Shown here in pieces: positions 34,725 through 44,306 of a DNA stretch of 64,000 nt. The stretch is from NCBI GenBank assembly GCA_027027675.1, contig JALVKT010000092.1, positions 4,854-68,853 of the forward strand. The letters are read 5' to 3'. Under the pieces are notes generated by a model. The model was not told the origin of the DNA, did no database searches, and was given only the letters and a program-made list of their open reading frames with translations. How positions within the stretch are numbered: position 1 is the stretch's first letter; each line of letters begins with the position of its first letter. A program made the position numbers and the translations under genes. This stretch comes from Thermofilaceae archaeon (GTDB lineage Archaea; Thermoproteota; Thermoprotei; Thermofilales; Thermofilaceae).

Positions 34725-36899
34725 TTGATGACGTCGGAAAGGATTATAGAGGTACTCAGGAATAGCAGGCCGGGCGAACTAGAGTACCCGCCACCTGTGA
34801 GAGACCACTCAGCGCTAGTCGTCTACACAGCACTTAAAGGATACCCTGCTCTCGCAGCCGACCACCTTTTAAACCCGGCGATAACAGACGAGCTAGCAGA
34901 TATTATAGGACAGGTAAACCGTAAACTCCACCTAGAACTTCTCAGAACATATGAGGACAAGGACTATGCTGCAAGCGAAGAAAGAGTAACCAAGATAGCG
35001 AGGATCTACGATGTACTCATAGAGATAGGGCTAAACCTAATAGGCTTCGAATACATATGGGCCGGCCTTACACCTGAAGAACGCGAGGCCCTCCTATCAC
35101 TGATAGAAGAAGAGTTAAGGGAAGCTGAAGAACTCGAGGAGAAAGCCCTTGGATCAAAGGACATTGCAAACGCGGTTGTAAAACTCAAGATAGAAGACAT
35201 GAAGAAGGTCATGGCCGGCGACCCCAAACGCGTCGGAATGGTCGCGTGGATGGGTGAACGCGTTGAAGGCCGTTTGGATCCGAGCAAACCTACAATTTCA
35301 TTCCTCGAGGAGATGAAGAAGGAGATAAGAAGCAACGCGTACTACAGGATGTCCCTCCTCGGCCTCTGCCGCTTCGGGAATGACTATGCTCTAGGCCTGA
35401 GATGGCTAAGGCGCCTCGGCTACGTCCAGGTATCGACAAACCCGCAGCTCGCCGCCATTGCATATAGGGATGACCCTACACTCTGGGAAAAGTTTAAGGA
35501 ATACCTAAGGAGCCACCCCGAGCTCCTCGATAACCCCGAGGAGCGGGGCGACGAGCTGGCAATGGCCGCAACACTGATAGCCCTATGGCCGAACATGGAG
35601 GTTTTCAGGCCCGTAGCGTACCTGCTCGACTTCCAGGACGGCATGATAAGCTACCAGCTCAACCCCAATGTTGCCGACAGCGTTGAAGGAAGCGTCAGTG
35701 ACGCACTGAAAATATACTCCCTCTGCGAAGACTACTTCGCAAAATACGACCAGTACCTCCTCTGGGGATGGCCCACAACGGTTGAGAGGGCAAGACCCAA
35801 CATAGTGTTTAAGGTTGCCGGCTCCTCACCAGCAGCCATCGACATCACGCGGATATTGGAAAGCTACGGTATAGGCACCAACAATACTGTCACATATACA
35901 GTAGCCCAGGAAATACAGCTTATACTCGCAAAAATCGAGGGAAGAGCCCAAGCCAAGAAGAGGGGCCTAAGGCTCACAAAAGTCTACGAGACAAACATGG
36001 GTGGCCGCCTCGAAGGCCACCTTAGAGAGGTGAAAGCGGCCGAGCTCATACGCGAAGCCCTTAAACGCCTCGAAAAACCCGAAGAAGAACTGGCCGAGCT
36101 AGCGAAGAAGCTCGGCGTCCCCGAGGCGCCCATTGGGGGAGTGTGGAGAGGCCCCTCCGGCTGGGGCTTCAACGTCGAGGCAAAGACACTCGACGAGAAG
36201 ATCGAATTAGTTGCATACAGAGCCTATCTAAAGCCGCTCACCAAGGAGCCTTTCGCCGAGTTCCTAGCGAAAGCTGGCGTATGTGGAGGCACCCCAGAAG
36301 AGGTGATGGAGTGCCTGAAGACCTGGGAGGAGGCTATCGGCATGGCGGGGACGCTGGTGGCACAGAGGGTATGGTGGGTCTTCTTCAGCCCCGAAAATAG
36401 GGAGAAGTGGATAGCATACATCGTCAAGAAGTACGGCGTCACACCGGAAGATGCCGAGGAGATACTTGACGGGATAGACGTCCTCCCAGCCTCCAAACGT
36501 AAACCCGCGGACACGTATCTCACACTTGCAAGCCGCAACATGACTAATACCGAGTTCCCCAACCACCAGCTCAACGTGCACAAAGAGTACGCCGAGAAAA
36601 AGGTAAGACTGGAAGACTATGCCGAGTCAATAACATGGAGCCATGACCCCAAGTACGTGGAGATACTATCCCACATGGAGGACTTTAGGAAAGCCTACGA
36701 GCTAACCCCAGAACTCCTGGAGGTGCTCAAGGAGGTCGGCATCGAGGGAGTAGAAGAGTGGGGTACTGGAGGCACGACCCCCGAGGAGTGGGTGACCTTT
36801 GGCTCCCGAGTGAAGACTATGAAAGGGTTTACCGAGGCCTACAATGCGTTCAAAGAAAAGTGTATTGCAATAGCAAAAGAGGTGGCCGCTGAGACGTAG
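34725..36899 (+). CDS. large transaldolase-fold (class I aldolase) protein, function unknown
   Basis: Motifs occur in transaldolase order: VSTNPQ (aa 236-241), FKVAG with candidate Schiff-base Lys (aa 363), GIGTNNTVTYTVAQ (aa 382-395) and TNMGGRLEG (aa 423-431). They are embedded in a 724-aa protein. Confidence 0.5.
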   Translation: MMTSERIIEVLRNSRPGELEYPPPVRDHSALVVYTALKGYPALAADHLLNPAITDELADIIGQVNRKLHLELLRTYEDKDYAASEERVTKIARIYDVLIEIGLNLIGFEYIWAGLTPEEREALLSLIEEELREAEELEEKALGSKDIANAVVKLKIEDMKKVMAGDPKRVGMVAWMGERVEGRLDPSKPTISFLEEMKKEIRSNAYYRMSLLGLCRFGNDYALGLRWLRRLGYVQVSTNPQLAAIAYRDDPTLWEKFKEYLRSHPELLDNPEERGDELAMAATLIALWPNMEVFRPVAYLLDFQDGMISYQLNPNVADSVEGSVSDALKIYSLCEDYFAKYDQYLLWGWPTTVERARPNIVFKVAGSSPAAIDITRILESYGIGTNNTVTYTVAQEIQLILAKIEGRAQAKKRGLRLTKVYETNMGGRLEGHLREVKAAELIREALKRLEKPEEELAELAKKLGVPEAPIGGVWRGPSGWGFNVEAKTLDEKIELVAYRAYLKPLTKEPFAEFLAKAGVCGGTPEEVMECLKTWEEAIGMAGTLVAQRVWWVFFSPENREKWIAYIVKKYGVTPEDAEEILDGIDVLPASKRKPADTYLTLASRNMTNTEFPNHQLNVHKEYAEKKVRLEDYAESITWSHDPKYVEILSHMEDFRKAYELTPELLEVLKEVGIEGVEEWGTGGTTPEEWVTFGSRVKTMKGFTEAYNAFKEKCIAIAKEVAAET

Positions 36900-36950
36900 C
36901 CGGAGGGGGTATTATTTATATTCCATTGTTTTTCTTGACAACTTGGCGCG

Positions 36951-37382
36951 ATGAAGGAGAAAGTACTGGGGGTGGGAGTAGGAAGACATCTAATCGTAGA
37001 GATGTTCGAATGCAACCCAAAGGCTCTTGATAGTCTAAAGACCGTCAAAGAAGCCCTTATAGACGCCGCGGTAGCCTCGAATAGCACAGTGGTGGGGTTT
37101 GACTTCTACCGGTTTAAGCCCCACGGCATCAGCGGCTACGTGCTCATCGCCGAGTCCCACATTTCTGTCCACACATGGCCCGAAAGAGGATATGCGGCAG
37201 TAGACGTTTTCACCTGCGGGCCCCACACGAACCCCTGGAAAGGACTCGAAGTACTAAAGGAGAGATTCGGCGCGAAAAAAGTCACAATAGTCGAGATCAC
37301 GCGTGGCGTCGGCATTGAACAGTACGACGGGTACTGGGAGCCAGAAAAGGAGAGAACCTTGGAGGCACCTGCTAAAGCATAA
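36951..37382 (+). CDS. speH: S-adenosylmethionine decarboxylase proenzyme (pyruvoyl type)
   Basis: The LIAESHISVHTWPE self-cleavage motif is present. Size is 143 aa. Confidence 0.85.
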   Translation: MKEKVLGVGVGRHLIVEMFECNPKALDSLKTVKEALIDAAVASNSTVVGFDFYRFKPHGISGYVLIAESHISVHTWPERGYAAVDVFTCGPHTNPWKGLEVLKERFGAKKVTIVEITRGVGIEQYDGYWEPEKERTLEAPAKA

Positions 37383-37414
37383 ACTAGCTTCTATATTTTT
37401 TAGGGACGAGAACC

Positions 37415-38446
37415 TTGGGCTCCCTCCTTACACCTATAATTCGTCCTGTCCATAAGATAGGGCTTCGAGGCTTAAGAAACAAGATTTTCGCGGTTGACGC
37501 GTTAAACGCGATATACCAGTTTCTAGCACTTATACGGATGCCGACGGGGGAGCCCTTCAAGGATGAAAAAGGCAGGATAACTTCCCATCTTATAGGCTTA
37601 TCTACACGTTACTCCAGGCTCGCCTATGAGTACCACTGCAGCTTTATCTTCGTGTTCGACGGTCCTCCCCATCCACTCAAGAAAAGAGAACTCGAAAGAA
37701 GGAGAAAGATTAGAGAAAAAGCCCTAAAAGAATGGCTAAAAGCGTTAGAGCAGGGGAGGCTCGACGAGGCCTTCTCAAAAGCAGTAGTTTCCTCAGCCGT
37801 GAACGAATACATTATCCAAAGCTCCAAAAAACTGCTAAAGCTTATGGGTTTTCCCATAGTAGACGCGCCCCACGACGCAGAGGCACAGGCAGCCTTTATC
37901 GTAAACAGGGGAGATGCATGGGCCGCCAACACCATGGACTGGGATTTCCTGCTCTACGGTGGAGAAAGAATGGTGCGTTACATAACAATAACAGGAGAAG
38001 AGTGGCTCCCCTCGAAGGGGTATTCGAGAAAGCTTTCCCCAGAACTCATAGTGTTGAAAGAGGTTCTCAGAGAGCTCAAAATAACGCGGAAACAGTTGGT
38101 GGAAATAGCGGTACTAGTAGGCACCGACTACAATGAAGGAGTGAAGGGTATAGGACCGGTAAAAGCGCTACGCCTAGTCAAAAAATACGGGTCAATAGAG
38201 AATATGCCGCCAACTATAAGGGAAAAAGTTGACCCTCACTGGAGGGAAATCGTTAATCTATACATGAACCCCCCGGTTTACACAAACTACGACATAGTTT
38301 TTCATCCTCCCGACTCTCAGGGGATCTACGAGTTCTTAGTTAAAGAACACTCGTTTTCTCCGAAAAGGGTTTTAACGGTAATAGAGCGTCTAGAGAAGGC
38401 CTATAATGCGCTACACGGGCAAAAAACCATTACAGGGTATCTTTAA
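37415..38446 (+). CDS. fen: flap endonuclease 1
   Basis: AVDALNAIYQFL and FVFDGPPHPLK (N domain), PHDAEAQAA (I domain) and GTDYNEGVKGIGPVKA (H3TH). Confidence 0.85.
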   Translation: MGSLLTPIIRPVHKIGLRGLRNKIFAVDALNAIYQFLALIRMPTGEPFKDEKGRITSHLIGLSTRYSRLAYEYHCSFIFVFDGPPHPLKKRELERRRKIREKALKEWLKALEQGRLDEAFSKAVVSSAVNEYIIQSSKKLLKLMGFPIVDAPHDAEAQAAFIVNRGDAWAANTMDWDFLLYGGERMVRYITITGEEWLPSKGYSRKLSPELIVLKEVLRELKITRKQLVEIAVLVGTDYNEGVKGIGPVKALRLVKKYGSIENMPPTIREKVDPHWREIVNLYMNPPVYTNYDIVFHPPDSQGIYEFLVKEHSFSPKRVLTVIERLEKAYNALHGQKTITGYL

Positions 38447-40047
38447 TGAATTTCGAAGAACTTGTTAAAGTCGCAAGAAAAGTAGAAAACACGACGTCTA
38501 GGAAAGAGAAAATCCGACTCCTGGCCGACTTCTTTTCACGATTGAACCCTGAGGAAGCAGCCATCGCTGCACGTCTCCTTTCAGGGAGGATTTTCCCGGA
38601 GTACCGAGACGTTGCCTTAGGCGTGGGGTGGTCCACTTTACGCGAAGCATTGTCCATGAAGTCCACGGTAAAACCGCTTACCACATTTTACGCTAAGGTT
38701 ACTCTCAAGGAACTTGTTAGTGTCCTTGAAAAGACCGCAAATACTTCCTCGAGAAAAAAGAAAATCTCCTATATCTACTCCCTAATATCGAGGATGAGCG
38801 ACGAGGAAATAGAGTTCTTACTCAGGATAATTTTCGGAGAAGTACGTATAGGCGCGAATATAGGCATCCTATTAGAGACAGCCGCCAAGCTGGCACACTG
38901 TAAACTGGAAATCGTTAGGCGCGCATACATGTACCTCTCTGACATCGGAGACGTGATAAGCACTGCTATAAAGGGAGGCTGCAAAGCCCTGGAAACAGTC
39001 AAAATAACTCTTTTCCGCCCGGTAAAGCCGATGCTCGCGGCAATGGCCTACACCGTAGAGGAGATACTACGCGAACATGGCGGAAAGACCGCTCTCGAGT
39101 ACAAGTATGATGGGGTGAGGGTGCAGGTTCATAGGAAAGGACGATCCGTAAAGGTTTTCTCGCGTAGACTAAGTGACATTACACCCTACGTCCCAGAAGC
39201 CGTATCAGCAGCTGAGAAGGCAGGAGCAGACGAGTTTATCCTTGACGGAGAAGCCGTGGGAGTCGAAGGGGGTAAACCTATAGCCTTCCAGGAGATATCC
39301 CGTCGTATTAGAAGAAAGAAAGACAAAGAAAAATTCTTCTCCAGAATACCGCTTCACGTATACTTTTTTGACATACTATACCTTAACGGCAGAGACCTTA
39401 CATCCCTAAAATATATTGAGAGGCGCCGCATCTTAGAAAGCATCTGCAATGAGGAATGCCTTGCAAGAATGACCGTCACGTCGAACCTTAATGAGGCCTC
39501 AAGCTTCTATAGCTCAGCCATAGAAGCAGGCCACGAAGGAGTCATGGCGAAACGGCTAGACAGCCCCTACGAGCCAGGCACAAGGGGTAAACACTGGCTA
39601 AAACTAAAGGCCTCCGACACCATAGACTGTGTAATAGTCGCCGCCGAGTGGGGCCACGGTAGACGTAGCGGCTGGCTCAGCGACTACCACCTAGCGGTTT
39701 ACGACGAAAAGAACGACCGCTTTGTAAGGGTTGGGAAGACCTATAAGGGCCTGACGGACGCGGAGTTCGAGGAGATGACGAAGCGCCTGCTAGAACTCAA
39801 GGTTGCAGAGGAAGACTATATCGTATATGTTAAGCCCGAGATAGTGGTTGAAGTCGAGTATGCCGAGATACAGAGGAGTCCCCGCTACGAGTCTGGCTAC
39901 GCGCTACGCTTCGCCCGAATAAAAAGGATAAGGTGGGACAGAAGCCCCTACGACATCACAACACTAGAAGAACTGGAGAAGCGCTACCAAGCCCAGCACA
40001 GAAGAGGTGCCTCTGGTGAGAACAATTCGAGTAGAGCCGCTGGCTGA
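38446..40047 (+). CDS. lig: ATP-dependent DNA ligase
   Basis: The adenylation motif EYKYDGVRVQVH (KxDG), FILDGEAV, EGVMAK, WLKLK and the OB domain ending LRFARIKRIRWD. A TAATG overlap joins it to the fen stop. Confidence 0.85.
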   Translation: MNFEELVKVARKVENTTSRKEKIRLLADFFSRLNPEEAAIAARLLSGRIFPEYRDVALGVGWSTLREALSMKSTVKPLTTFYAKVTLKELVSVLEKTANTSSRKKKISYIYSLISRMSDEEIEFLLRIIFGEVRIGANIGILLETAAKLAHCKLEIVRRAYMYLSDIGDVISTAIKGGCKALETVKITLFRPVKPMLAAMAYTVEEILREHGGKTALEYKYDGVRVQVHRKGRSVKVFSRRLSDITPYVPEAVSAAEKAGADEFILDGEAVGVEGGKPIAFQEISRRIRRKKDKEKFFSRIPLHVYFFDILYLNGRDLTSLKYIERRRILESICNEECLARMTVTSNLNEASSFYSSAIEAGHEGVMAKRLDSPYEPGTRGKHWLKLKASDTIDCVIVAAEWGHGRRSGWLSDYHLAVYDEKNDRFVRVGKTYKGLTDAEFEEMTKRLLELKVAEEDYIVYVKPEIVVEVEYAEIQRSPRYESGYALRFARIKRIRWDRSPYDITTLEELEKRYQAQHRRGASGENNSSRAAG

Positions 40048-41002
40048 CGAAAGCCTAGGAGTCAGGTCTATGGCGCTTCTCGTAGAAATCGGAGTAGACA
40101 CTATACTCTTCGACGCTGGAGTAAGCCTGGCCCCCAAGCGTTACGGGCTTCCACCTCACCCCTCGGAGCTTGAAGCGTTAGAAGCCGCGAGAAAGAGGAT
40201 ATTAAAAGCGGCGTCAAAGGCAAATGTCGTCTTTACAAGCCACTATCACAAGGACCACTATACTCCCAACGCTTATTCTCTCTACGAGGCCTCCTCGCCA
40301 GACATATTCAAGAAGACATACTCGGGAAAGAACGTTATAGCACTGGACCCCAACGTGGGGACGACGCGTAACCAGGTTAAACGCGCGCAGGTTTTCTTCA
40401 GGGCATTAGCGGGGAAAGCGAAGATAACGAGGATGAGTGGAGGAGAGACATATTCTCTCTCGGAGGCATGCAGTGTAAAAGGGCTTCTCTTTAGCCACGG
40501 CGAAGGCAAACTGGGGAAGGTTCTAGCAGCACTCCTAATATGCGAGGAGCAGCATGTCTTACTGTATATTCCGGACGTGCAAGGCCCCCCGTCAAGGAGC
40601 AGTGCAGAACAAATAGTGAAACTTGCCCCCAGAGTCTTAGTGATAGGTGGACCGCCACTATACCTAGCCGGAGGAAAGGTTTCCTTCCAAACAATAAAGG
40701 ATGAGATGAGCAACTTTGCCAAGATAATTAGAGAGCTCGGCGAGACCGGTACAAAAGTTTTCATCTCACACCATATACTACGTGATCCCTCCTGGGAAGA
40801 CGCTCTAGAGGAATACGGGGTAGAAAGAGACTACTATTCTCTATATTCCGACCGCTACGGCAGAGAGCCAGAGCTACTAGAAGCCTACAGGCAGGCCCTC
40901 TACGAGTACAGCCCGCCCCCCAAGGACTACATAGAGCTGCTGCGCCGCTACGTCAACTCACTTCCCCGAGAAGTAATAGCGCTCGTTAAGGGAAAACGAT
41001 AA
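40007..41002 (+). CDS. metallo-beta-lactamase-fold protein (UPF0282-like)
   Basis: SLGVRSMA...ILFDAGVSLAP...TSHYHKDHY is the pattern recalled for archaeal UPF0282. The gene overlaps the lig 3' end by 41 nt. Confidence 0.5.
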   Translation: MPLVRTIRVEPLADESLGVRSMALLVEIGVDTILFDAGVSLAPKRYGLPPHPSELEALEAARKRILKAASKANVVFTSHYHKDHYTPNAYSLYEASSPDIFKKTYSGKNVIALDPNVGTTRNQVKRAQVFFRALAGKAKITRMSGGETYSLSEACSVKGLLFSHGEGKLGKVLAALLICEEQHVLLYIPDVQGPPSRSSAEQIVKLAPRVLVIGGPPLYLAGGKVSFQTIKDEMSNFAKIIRELGETGTKVFISHHILRDPSWEDALEEYGVERDYYSLYSDRYGREPELLEAYRQALYEYSPPPKDYIELLRRYVNSLPREVIALVKGKR

Positions 41003-41032
41003 AATACGATTCTCAGTACTCCAGAGGTAGCC

Positions 41033-42385
41033 ATGTGGTCCGTACTTTACTACCTACGTAACAACCCGGAGAAGCTCAAGTGGAATCTCAAGGCAAGATT
41101 CATGGACGAACGACTAGTAGACGAAGCATTAAAGCTTGACAAAGAGTGGCGCCGCCTGAAACGGGAACTAGAAGATTTAAGACACAAACTTAACATGCTT
41201 TCCTCTCAAATACCAAGAGCAGCCCCCGAAGAGCGGAAAAAACTCGTTGAAGAAGCCAGAATGCTCCGGAGAAAGATTGAGGAGCTAACCTCTACACTAA
41301 AAGAACTAGAGGCAAAACGCGAAGAAGTGCTCAGACGAATACCCAACATTATACATGAGAGCGTCCCAATAGGTCCCGACGAAACCTACAACGTCCCCAT
41401 AAGGTTCTGGGGTAAACCTAAGGTGTGGAAAGGCCACCTTAACAGCTTCCTAGAACAGACAAAGGGCTTCAGCGTCGAATACGAGGTCACAGATTGGAAG
41501 CCGCTGGGCCACGCGGACTACGTGGAAAAATATGGGCTAGCCGACACCGCTAGAGCGTCTAAAGTGGCAGGCGCACGTTTCTACTATCTCTTCAATGATG
41601 CCGTATGGCTCGACCTAGCTCTAGTACAGTACGCACTAGAAAACCTTGCGAAAAAGGGCTTCAAAATAGTGGAGCCACCATTAATGCTTAGAGAAGAAGT
41701 CCTCCGCGGCGTCATAAGCTTCGAGGACTTCAGAGACATGATATACAAGATAGAGGGAGAAAACCTCTACCTAATAGGAACAGCTGAACACCCGCTGGCC
41801 GCGCTACACTGGAACGACGTTATACCGGAGAAAGATCTACCTCTCCTCTACGCTGGATACAGCCAATGTTTTAGAAAGGAAGCTGGCGCGCATGGAAAAG
41901 ACACTAAGGGAATCTTCAGGGTTCACCACTTCGGCAAGGTAGAGCAGTTCGTCTTTTCTCACCCCGACGAGTCCTGGGAATGGCATGAAAGGCTCATTAA
42001 AAACGCTGAGGAGCTCTGGCAGGGCCTCGGGATACCCTACAGGATTGTAAACATAGCGTCTGGAGACCTAGGCGTTGTAGCCGCGAAGAAGTATGACTTA
42101 GAGGCGTGGATGCCGGCCCAAGGTAGGTATAGGGAAATGGTGTCTTGCAGCAACTGCACTGACTGGCAAAGTTACCGCTTAAACATAAGATACGCTGAAG
42201 CGAGGGGGGCCCCCTCTAAGGGATATGTCCACACGCTCAACAGCACGGCGCTTGCGATACAGCGCACGATAACCGCGATAATCGAGAACTACCAGGACGA
42301 GGAGGGCATGATACACGTGCCCAGGGTTCTTAGAAAATACTTAGAACCCTACGAGAAATTCCTTGAAAGACTAGTGCTGGACTAG
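41033..42385 (+). CDS. serS: seryl-tRNA synthetase
   Basis: N-terminal coiled-coil arm plus class II motifs: FYYLFNDAV, YSQCFRKEAGAHGKDTKGIFRVHHF and HTLNSTALAIQRT. Confidence 0.9.
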   Translation: MWSVLYYLRNNPEKLKWNLKARFMDERLVDEALKLDKEWRRLKRELEDLRHKLNMLSSQIPRAAPEERKKLVEEARMLRRKIEELTSTLKELEAKREEVLRRIPNIIHESVPIGPDETYNVPIRFWGKPKVWKGHLNSFLEQTKGFSVEYEVTDWKPLGHADYVEKYGLADTARASKVAGARFYYLFNDAVWLDLALVQYALENLAKKGFKIVEPPLMLREEVLRGVISFEDFRDMIYKIEGENLYLIGTAEHPLAALHWNDVIPEKDLPLLYAGYSQCFRKEAGAHGKDTKGIFRVHHFGKVEQFVFSHPDESWEWHERLIKNAEELWQGLGIPYRIVNIASGDLGVVAAKKYDLEAWMPAQGRYREMVSCSNCTDWQSYRLNIRYAEARGAPSKGYVHTLNSTALAIQRTITAIIENYQDEEGMIHVPRVLRKYLEPYEKFLERLVLD

Positions 42386-42819
42386 ACAACGCCGGGCGGT
42401 GATGAGTCGCCTTGCTTAGAAAGGGCAGCGGTTAGATCGGCCACTATTATTAATGCACCCATTATAAAGCTGAAGAGCTCATTAATCGATGAAGCGACAA
42501 CCTGTATCAGTCTCTCCTTTTCTCCCAGCGAGTAAATCGGTGAAACTAGCTTTAGCCCCTCTAGGATTCCCTCAACGTACGCCAGCGTGTTTTCATATCC
42601 ATTAATAATCTCCTCACTAATTTTCTTCACAGTGGGATCGCGGATATTTTCCACAATATCGTTTTTAGCTATATCGATTAGTTTCTTTAACACAGGCAGG
42701 CTTACATCTAGGGCTTCATCGAACTTATTTTCTTGTAGTAGCTGAGAAAACTCTTCAGAAAACTCTTTCATCATCTCTTCTAGTTCCTTAATCGAAGTCA
42801 TCCTTAGAGGGATGAGCAC
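42382..42819 (-). CDS. helical hypothetical protein (145 aa)
   Basis: Acidic all-helical sequence with a hydrophobic C-terminal segment. It lies 21 nt downstream of the AbrB-like gene on the same strand. No family recognised, though a PhoU-like bundle is possible. Confidence 0.35.
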   Translation of the reverse strand: MLIPLRMTSIKELEEMMKEFSEEFSQLLQENKFDEALDVSLPVLKKLIDIAKNDIVENIRDPTVKKISEEIINGYENTLAYVEGILEGLKLVSPIYSLGEKERLIQVVASSINELFSFIMGALIIVADLTAALSKQGDSSPPGVV

Positions 42820-42840
42820 CTTATGCTACAAATATTTTGC

Positions 42841-43152
42841 TCAACCCGTCTTAGATACAGGCTCGATTTCCAGTATGGTTATCCTATCGCCCGGCTTTAT
42901 CCCATACTTGCTCCTAATCTCCTTGGGAACTGTGAACTGCCGAGAATCTGTAAACCTCGTTCGGAGGAGACGGGCAGTAATGACCACTATGTTGTCACCT
43001 ATCTTTATTTTTATCTTTGCAAACTTGTATTTCTGGATACCTAGTTTACGTACTAGGCGTGCTGGTATTAGTACTTGGTAGTTTGAATAAACCCTGATTG
43101 TATAAGGTAGACTTTCTATATTGAAACCTTTCATACCTCTCTTGCCAACCAT
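42841..43152 (-). CDS. SpoVT/AbrB-type DNA-binding protein with two swapped-hairpin repeats
   Basis: Two AbrB-like repeats are present: YQVLIPARLVRKLGIQKYKFAKIKI and QFTVPKEIRSKYGIKPGDRITILEI. Confidence 0.6.
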   Translation of the reverse strand: MVGKRGMKGFNIESLPYTIRVYSNYQVLIPARLVRKLGIQKYKFAKIKIKIGDNIVVITARLLRTRFTDSRQFTVPKEIRSKYGIKPGDRITILEIEPVSKTG

Positions 43153-43300
43153 TAATAACCACCATATATTTTACAACTATTTATATAATGCTGGGATATT
43201 TAAAAATACTGCGACACACGGGCACCAAAGTACAGGATAACTCTTCTCAACGATAAGAAGCGAGGAGAAGCTTATAAGGGGAGCCAGTAAAGCCCTCAAT

Positions 43301-43804
43301 GTGTTAGATAGCGTCATTAAAGCACTAATATTCATACTCCCAGCTTACGTCGCCAACGGCACGCCCGTGGTAGTCGCTAAGCTTCTACCAGTAAAGCATC
43401 CACTTGACGGGGGAAAGTATTTCATCGACCAGCGCAGAGTACTGGGCAACGGAAAAACTCTCGAAGGTTTTCTCGGAGGAACACTCGCTGGAACGCTCAC
43501 CGCGTACGTGCTAGAGTACTGGCATATGCACACCTTAGAAGAAGGCCTAATATTATCCCTGGGAGCCCTGCTCGGCGACCTAGCCGGGTCATTTATCAAA
43601 AGAAGGCTGGGAATAAAAAGGGGAGACCCGGCGCCCCTGCTGGATCAACTAGACTTTCTCCTAGGGGCGCTGGCGCTATACTATGTCTTTTACGGGCCCA
43701 TAGACCCTCTTCAGGCAACAATACTAATCGTAGTCACTCCAGTCCTACACTTAGCCACAAATTCGGCTGCATATGTTCTAGGACTTAAGGATAAGCCTTG
43801 GTAG
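43301..43804 (+). CDS. carS: CDP-archaeol synthase (CarS, DUF46/UPF0290)
   Basis: FILPAYVANGTPVV...HPLDGG...GNGKTLEGFLGG...GDLAGSFIKRRLG in a 5-TM, 167-aa protein. Confidence 0.7.
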   Translation: MLDSVIKALIFILPAYVANGTPVVVAKLLPVKHPLDGGKYFIDQRRVLGNGKTLEGFLGGTLAGTLTAYVLEYWHMHTLEEGLILSLGALLGDLAGSFIKRRLGIKRGDPAPLLDQLDFLLGALALYYVFYGPIDPLQATILIVVTPVLHLATNSAAYVLGLKDKPW

Positions 43805-44303
43805 CATCAGATGTCAAGGCAAAGTATTTCTTAAGCAACCCCAATGCCTTCAACCTAAAAAAGGGCGTGCAGGGAATAACTTGGAGGAAACCTCTCCAGT
43901 TCCCGTAAACAACGAAGCCTCTTTTACAGAGGGAAAGAACAGGTATCGCCAAAAGGTCTTCTTCCCCCCTTACCACTAACGTCCCCTCTCCTCTCTCTAA
44001 AAGCCTAACTATCGCGTCGATGCATTCTTCCGTTAACGTACCGGGAGGATTTGTACAGACTTCATGGTTACCGCTAACCCATTCATCTATCCTCTTACGC
44101 CTAGTCCTATAGTCTACGATCGACATTTCAGCTCTATAATACTTCTTAAAGTTCTTCGAGACTACGTCCCCCACTGTAACTATCGGAAGTCCACCTATGA
44201 TTTTTGAAGCCCTTACAATAGATAATGGGGGGCTATCACTGATAACATATCCCCAGGGGTAGGAAAGATCGGGGCTCTTTGCGATTAGCTTTAGCATCCT
44301 CAT
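43785..44303 (-). CDS. DUF359 protein (GTP-dependent dephospho-CoA kinase family)
   Basis: The TVGDVVSKN motif, the 172-aa size and the conserved position downstream of rpoE-spt4. Confidence 0.6.
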   Translation of the reverse strand: MRMLKLIAKSPDLSYPWGYVISDSPPLSIVRASKIIGGLPIVTVGDVVSKNFKKYYRAEMSIVDYRTRRKRIDEWVSGNHEVCTNPPGTLTEECIDAIVRLLERGEGTLVVRGEEDLLAIPVLSLCKRGFVVYGNWRGFLQVIPCTPFFRLKALGLLKKYFALTSDATKAYP

Positions 44304-44306
44304 ATA

